From: an uncultured Planctomycetota bacterium
Lineage (GTDB): Bacteria > Planctomycetota > Planctomycetia > Isosphaerales > Isosphaeraceae
NCBI GenBank assembly: GCA_963823665.1
Contig: CAWGMQ010000011.1
Span: forward strand, 128,001-192,000
Direction: 5' to 3'
Length of the DNA: 64,000 bases
Positions 59,042 to 64,000 of the stretch are shown one piece after another (positions within the stretch are counted from its first letter, which is position 1; every line of letters begins with the position of its first letter). The notes under the pieces were generated by a model. The model was not told the DNA's origin, did not search any database, and worked only from the letters and a program-made list of their open reading frames with translations. The position numbers and the translations under genes are program-made.

Positions 59042-60955
59042 TCACATGGTTTGAAGTTCGTTACATCGTTCACCCCACCAGGTTTGCCAGTGGTCTGGGT
59101 CGTTGTCCCAGGGCATTCCCGAGGCGCGACAGAGTGACCAGACGAGCTCGTCTTTTGGTAGGTTTCCGGGATCGCGGAGGAGGTCGATCAAGGAGTCGGC
59201 ACCGAGCGCGGCGCCTGCCCTGCTCCAGTCGCGGATTGCCTTGATGCGATCGCGAATGACGGGCAGGACGCGGTTGATCAGGGCGTCGCGGACCTGCGGC
59301 GCAGGGGGCTCGTCCGGTCCACGGCCCTGCTCCGTCACCCATTCGCGCCAGGAGTCGAGCAGTGAGCCGAAGCCGAAACCGAAGTGCTGGAAGAACGTCT
59401 CTTCGTGGCGGCGACTCGCCTGCTTGTCGTTCAGGAAAGCACGGAACGCGGCTTTGCGCGATTCGGGAGCTTCAGTGCCGGCGAGGAATTCGACGGTCGA
59501 CCATGTTTGATCGAGGAACTGCTCGGATCGCCACGCGCATTGTGGGTTTTTGGTTGGCAGGAGCAGCTTCCACATCTTTCTCGCCGACATCGCGAACAGG
59601 TCTTGCGAGAATTCGATTGCCTGGGCGCGGCCGGCGAGCATTCGCCGATTCAGGGCGATGAGATCGCTCCGGCGCCGGTCGGCCGCGAGGGCCCTGCTGA
59701 AGCCAACCTGGAGCCAAGGGGCCGAAAGCTGTCCGAAGACCTGCTCGATGAGCATCGAACAATAGAGCGACCCGGCGAGCAAGCGGGGATCGTCCAGATG
59801 GCCCGGCACCAAGCCCGTGCAGAGGGTAATGATGTTCCAGGGCCGCTGGAAGCAGACGCCGAGCTGTTTGGAGAAATCGAGGTGCGGAAAGAGGGTCTTG
59901 TAAAGCTTCGCGAGCGCGTCTCGGTCGTGAAAGCAAAGGATGCAAAGCGACGAGTCGGGGATGGTGATGTCGCCGACCATCGCGGTGAAGCGACGATGGG
60001 CCGCCGCGTTTTCCTTGCGCAGCATGGGCACGGGCTCGTCAGGCCCGGAATACCAGATCGTGGTCGAGCCATCCTTTACGATGGTGCCTTCCTCGCCCGC
60101 ACAGGCCCGCGCCGTGGCGAGGGCTGCTGACTCATCGAGGAGGCCGCTGAGACGTCTGTTACGTAGCAGCCAGACGATCAGCCCCCAAGCGTAGGCAAAG
60201 CCGGCGATCGATAACAGCCCGGCGAACCCGAGCCCAATCCAGTTGCGGGATTCGATCATTGAGCGAGCGAACACAAACAGGGCCGCGATACCAGCAATCG
60301 CCAGGATTCCTTGCGAGAGGACGACCGAGCGGCTGCCCTTGGATTGCTCATTCTTGAACTCGTCGCGCGTCAGCTTTCGGGCGCGGCAGTTCCGGCAGAT
60401 CGTCGGAGCACGCAACTCACCGGGAATCACGTTGCCGCAGCCCTCACAAATGCGGTCAACTGGCGCCTGCGCCGAGCGCAACGGGGTCTTTAAGAACCAG
60501 GCGATCGCGAGGCCCGAGACAAGGGCAAATGCGAGCGCAATCGCAAGCGACGCGAATCGGCGTGGTGCAAGCGGCTCGATATCACGCTGGACGGCGAACG
60601 CGAGCGCACCCATGACCGAGATAAAGAGCAAGACCGCGATGACGCAGAAGATCAAGCTCCTGCCGACAATTGCCTGGCGGATCGGGGCCTGGGGCTCGCC
60701 GCAATGCTGGCAGTGAATCGAAGGGTTGCTGCGAAACTCTGGCTGGAACCGTCGCCCGCACTCGGTGCAGGTCGGGCCCGCACGGTTGAAACGAAGAACG
60801 AGCCATAACACGAGCACGCCAGCCAGCAGCACGACGAGAATCTGCGGGTCGCGTGTGCCGCTGCCCGGGACGAAGATCGCCGCCAGCACGCCGCAGAAGA
60901 GGATGGCGGCGACCAGGTCTGCGAGGTGGAACTGGCGTGAAGAGCTTTCGGCCAT
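59042..60955 (-). CDS. Hypothetical multi-TM protein with two Zn-ribbons and a soluble C-terminal domain
   Basis: CTEC..CQHC and CEGC..CRNC, each after a TM pair; C-terminal DPDHWQTWW motif. Confidence 0.7.
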   Translation of the reverse strand: MAESSSRQFHLADLVAAILFCGVLAAIFVPGSGTRDPQILVVLLAGVLVLWLVLRFNRAGPTCTECGRRFQPEFRSNPSIHCQHCGEPQAPIRQAIVGRSLIFCVIAVLLFISVMGALAFAVQRDIEPLAPRRFASLAIALAFALVSGLAIAWFLKTPLRSAQAPVDRICEGCGNVIPGELRAPTICRNCRARKLTRDEFKNEQSKGSRSVVLSQGILAIAGIAALFVFARSMIESRNWIGLGFAGLLSIAGFAYAWGLIVWLLRNRRLSGLLDESAALATARACAGEEGTIVKDGSTTIWYSGPDEPVPMLRKENAAAHRRFTAMVGDITIPDSSLCILCFHDRDALAKLYKTLFPHLDFSKQLGVCFQRPWNIITLCTGLVPGHLDDPRLLAGSLYCSMLIEQVFGQLSAPWLQVGFSRALAADRRRSDLIALNRRMLAGRAQAIEFSQDLFAMSARKMWKLLLPTKNPQCAWRSEQFLDQTWSTVEFLAGTEAPESRKAAFRAFLNDKQASRRHEETFFQHFGFGFGSLLDSWREWVTEQGRGPDEPPAPQVRDALINRVLPVIRDRIKAIRDWSRAGAALGADSLIDLLRDPGNLPKDELVWSLCRASGMPWDNDPDHWQTWWGERCNELQTM

Positions 60956-61112
60956 GGCCGCTGTCTCACGGGTGCGGATCTCGGGGCGTCATCTCGATCG
61001 GCGGCTTGATTATATGCGAGACACCGGGCGGTGCTGTTAGAATGCGGTTGCCGCTGGCTCGGCGGATGTGCAGGGCACGATTCGTCCGCGTGAAACTCCG
61101 TGAGTAAGAGGG

Positions 61113-61577
61113 ATGACGCGAAAGAATGGTAAAACAGCTCGCCGCGCACAGCACGAGCCTCGCTCCGAAGTGGACGAAGCTCGCGAGTGGTTAGTGTCCC
61201 ACCGCGCGCTCAGCGAGGCGTTCATTCAGGCGGTTGATGAAACCCATCCTGCGATCTGGTTTCACAGAGTCATGCAGCTAGTGGCGGAGTCGATTGAGAA
61301 GGGGAATAGCAAGGCCATCGAACTTGGGTGCTTTTATATCTCCAACGATCCGAAGGCGCCGTTCGGGCGGATTTTGAAACGAAGGGTCATGAATGCCCTT
61401 CGGCGAAATGTCAATCAGATCCCGATTCGGTTCCATCAGGGGCTGATCGATGCGTATGCCAAGCTCAATGCTCTTCCCTATCCTCCGCAGGAGCTCAAGG
61501 ATCTTGGACGACTCGTGCGGGCTTTGAAGGTTGGCGATACGTCGCGCGACATCGGTTCACGTGGTGATCGTCGTTGA
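61113..61577 (+). CDS. Hypothetical protein
   Basis: gaggg RBS; 154-aa helical-looking ORF with lower-GC codon usage. Confidence 0.55.
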   Translation: MTRKNGKTARRAQHEPRSEVDEAREWLVSHRALSEAFIQAVDETHPAIWFHRVMQLVAESIEKGNSKAIELGCFYISNDPKAPFGRILKRRVMNALRRNVNQIPIRFHQGLIDAYAKLNALPYPPQELKDLGRLVRALKVGDTSRDIGSRGDRR

Positions 61578-61614
61578 GTGCAATGGCGCGCATTGAGCGA
61601 ACAGGATTTCGACG

Positions 61615-62208
61615 ATGAAGTATCCATCGAATCTCGACCCGGTCTGGCGATCAAAGCGTTTCCGAATCGGGCTTGCGATCGGGGCGATCTTCGGGCTGGC
61701 GGCGGTGGCGCTTCGGCTGGAGGGGCATCGCTTCTGGTGCCGCTGCGGCCGGCTCACGCCGTGGTCTGGCGATATCCACAGCGCGCACAATTCGCAGCAC
61801 CTTGTCGACCCCTATAGTTTCACTCACCTCGAGCACGGCCTGCTTCTGTACGCATTGCTCCGACCGTTCGGGCGATGGCTCGGGCCGAGCAGCCGACTCA
61901 TCCTCGCCGTGGCGATTGAAGGGATGTGGGAGGCCATCGAGAACTTGCCGGTGGTGATCGAGCGGTATCGCCGGGCGACGATCGCCTTGGGCTACGTCGG
62001 GGACAGCGTGGTCAACTCGATGGGCGATATCGCCGCCTGCACGCTCGGTCTATTTCTCGCGCAGCGGCTGCCCGTGCGCTGGTCGGTCGCGCTGTTCGTC
62101 AGTATCGAGCTTGCCCTGCTGGCGATTCACCGCGACAACCTCACGCTCAACGTTTTGATGCTGGTCTTCCCGCTGGAATCGGTGAAGACCTGGCAGATGG
62201 GACGTTGA
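61615..62208 (+). CDS. DUF2585 family membrane protein
   Basis: WCRCG..WSG..SAHNSQHLVDPYSFTHLEHG, WEAIEN, GDSVVNS.GD, RDNLTLNVLML. Confidence 0.88.
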   Translation: MKYPSNLDPVWRSKRFRIGLAIGAIFGLAAVALRLEGHRFWCRCGRLTPWSGDIHSAHNSQHLVDPYSFTHLEHGLLLYALLRPFGRWLGPSSRLILAVAIEGMWEAIENLPVVIERYRRATIALGYVGDSVVNSMGDIAACTLGLFLAQRLPVRWSVALFVSIELALLAIHRDNLTLNVLMLVFPLESVKTWQMGR

Positions 62209-62235
62209 GATGAGTGAGAACCTTCTTGAGGCATC

Positions 62236-63501
62236 CTACTTCTGCTTTGCCCCGGCGTCGTCGAGGATGGCGCGGACGTCGGTGTGATTCCACTTGCCGG
62301 TCTTGGCGGAGAACGCGTAGATGTGGCCATCGCTCTCGATGGTGACGGCGCCAGGTGAGACGGTCGGCGCGGCTCGGACGCCTGGCGGGAGCTCGGCGAC
62401 ATCCCAGCAGTCTGAATCGGCACCGTAGGCGTAGATGTTCCGGCCAATTGCGTAAACAGCGACTCCGGGGCCGACGATTGGCACCGCCTCGCCGTCGATC
62501 GGCTCGCGCAGATCCTGCGAGCGCCAGGTGCCGCTGGCCGTGTTGCCCACGGCGATCCGGGTGATCTTCGGTCCCTTCAGCATCAGTGCGACGAGGTCAC
62601 CCACGGTGATGGGCGTGACTTCGAGCGGGGCGTCCTTTGACCCGGACAGCTCGAGTGAGGCGGATTTCTTCGTGTCGACGTCGTGAAGCGTGATTCGGTC
62701 GCCCGCGGGAGAGATGACGACGATGGAGCTGCCCTGGCGGAAGTAGCGGGGTGGGCGCGCGTCGTGGGCCAGGGCTTGCCGGTGGGTATCGTCATGGGCG
62801 GCGGCGGCCGGCGTCTGGGCCTGGGCTGCTTTTTCCTTGCGGTCTTTGTCTGTGAAGGCGATTGACCGCAGCTTGGCGGGCGAAAGGATTAGCGAGCCGA
62901 AGTCGAGCTCGAGCGTGAAGTCGCCGGGAATGTGAACCATGCCGATGACTTCTTGATCTGTCGTGGTAATAACCTTGCCCCGGACGAGCATTGCAGTACC
63001 GGTTCGGCTGCCCGGGTCGGCCACCATCGCGAACCCGCCTATGGCACCTCCCATGCCGCCGCGGACCGCGCGCAGCGTCTGCCCTTTCTTGCGCATCTCG
63101 CGAACGACATCGGCTGCATCGGCAGCAGCGGCTTCTCCGTCGTTCTTCCGCTGGGCCTCGTCGCCGGCGGGGGGATTCACCTCATTCTGAGGTTTCAAGA
63201 ACCGGATCATCTTGATCTTGTGCGGTGTGATCACGTACTGGCCGAGCTCGGCGTCAACGATCACGGGCCTGGTCTCGATCTTGCCGCGCAAGACCTGGCC
63301 GCCCTCCATTTCGACGTTGGCGGATCGGGGGACGTCTGTGGAAAATGCTTGGGCAGCACGGGTGCCTTGCATCATGTTGCCCTGGCCGCCCATGCCGCCG
63401 CCCATGCCGCCGCCTACTCCACCCATGCCGCCGAACTGGGCGAAGCATGGGGACGATGCGAGCACTGCGGCGAGGGCCGCGAGCAATGTTGTTCGATTCA
63501 T
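62236..63501 (-). CDS. Secreted hypothetical protein (Gly/Met-rich segments, beta-rich C-terminus)
   Basis: aaggag RBS; MNRTTLLAALAAVLASSPCFA signal peptide; YAYG..W / YAFS..W repeats. Confidence 0.7.
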   Translation of the reverse strand: MNRTTLLAALAAVLASSPCFAQFGGMGGVGGGMGGGMGGQGNMMQGTRAAQAFSTDVPRSANVEMEGGQVLRGKIETRPVIVDAELGQYVITPHKIKMIRFLKPQNEVNPPAGDEAQRKNDGEAAAADAADVVREMRKKGQTLRAVRGGMGGAIGGFAMVADPGSRTGTAMLVRGKVITTTDQEVIGMVHIPGDFTLELDFGSLILSPAKLRSIAFTDKDRKEKAAQAQTPAAAAHDDTHRQALAHDARPPRYFRQGSSIVVISPAGDRITLHDVDTKKSASLELSGSKDAPLEVTPITVGDLVALMLKGPKITRIAVGNTASGTWRSQDLREPIDGEAVPIVGPGVAVYAIGRNIYAYGADSDCWDVAELPPGVRAAPTVSPGAVTIESDGHIYAFSAKTGKWNHTDVRAILDDAGAKQK

Positions 63502-63534
63502 GGTGGGCTCCTTATGTATGGGCGACACGACGGC

Positions 63535-63945
63535 TCAAGCCGCGAGGGAAACCGAAATGAAGTACCACATCGCGATCGCGGTGCCCGCGGCAAGCAGGCT
63601 GTTGGTAATGAGCAAGGCTTTCACGACTTGACGGGAAGATGCTCGGGTCACGATGGCTACGGGCAACGCGGCGAACAGCCCCACTCGCAGTCCTTCGACG
63701 ATCAAGTATTCCAGGTCTGGCCATGAGTGTGGCCAGCCCCAAGCTAGCGCGCAACCCAGGACGTTTCCCAGCGTGGCGCTCGCTACGCACGTCACTGGAA
63801 CGAGACACCACTCGAGCGGAGAGAGGGCGGTCTTGCGGGGGAACGATTTGTTGAAGTCCGCCACCAAGCTGCGCAGCTCGGCTGCGATCTGGCGGCCCAG
63901 CCAGACTGCGGTCGGGAAATGTTGCAGCAGTGTTTGCCTGGACAT
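63535..63945 (-). CDS. Hypothetical membrane protein
   Basis: Three hydrophobic segments; same strand as, and 33 bp from, the downstream gene. Confidence 0.5.
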   Translation of the reverse strand: MSRQTLLQHFPTAVWLGRQIAAELRSLVADFNKSFPRKTALSPLEWCLVPVTCVASATLGNVLGCALAWGWPHSWPDLEYLIVEGLRVGLFAALPVAIVTRASSRQVVKALLITNSLLAAGTAIAMWYFISVSLAA

Positions 63946-64000
63946 GTGAGTTTTCTCGGGCAGTGCGACGGATTCCTTCGCGCTTGGTGCATTATACCAA

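Noticed and set aside
63385..63435. ccgcccatgccg short tandem repeats
   Set aside because: They encode a low-complexity GGMG peptide within a CDS.

Overview
High-GC bacterial DNA whose gene content is typical of Planctomycetota (probably Isosphaerales/Gemmatales-like; inferred from family content: DUF1501, PSCyt DUF1549/DUF1553, Planc_extracel 'LESR' leaders, PVC-type CxxCH protein, TIGR03067, modular Ser/Thr kinases). The dominant feature is a ~17.7 kb head-to-tail array (26841-44518, minus strand) of nine paralogous ~630-660 aa genes. Each has a short hydrophobic N-terminus, a helical 'ALWC'/HEAT-like body, two hypervariable segments and a C-terminal Hint (intein/Hedgehog-like) domain. The Hint ends in His-Asp rather than His-Asn and is followed by a tail of exactly 23 aa, with no toxin tip and no immunity genes. 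The copies are mosaics of one another, and the array runs directly into a PSCyt/DUF1501 pair. The rest of the window holds two multidomain kinases, an S53 protease, a choice-of-anchor-Q surface protein behind a promoter/leader/terminator, hydrolases, a metallohydrolase-heme protein fusion, several gene remnants (transposase-like, GNAT, ECF sigma) and REP-like elements. Many long genes carry single-base frameshifts, which may be assembly errors. No rRNA, tRNA or CRISPR array was recognised. All family assignments come from motif recognition by eye, not database searches.
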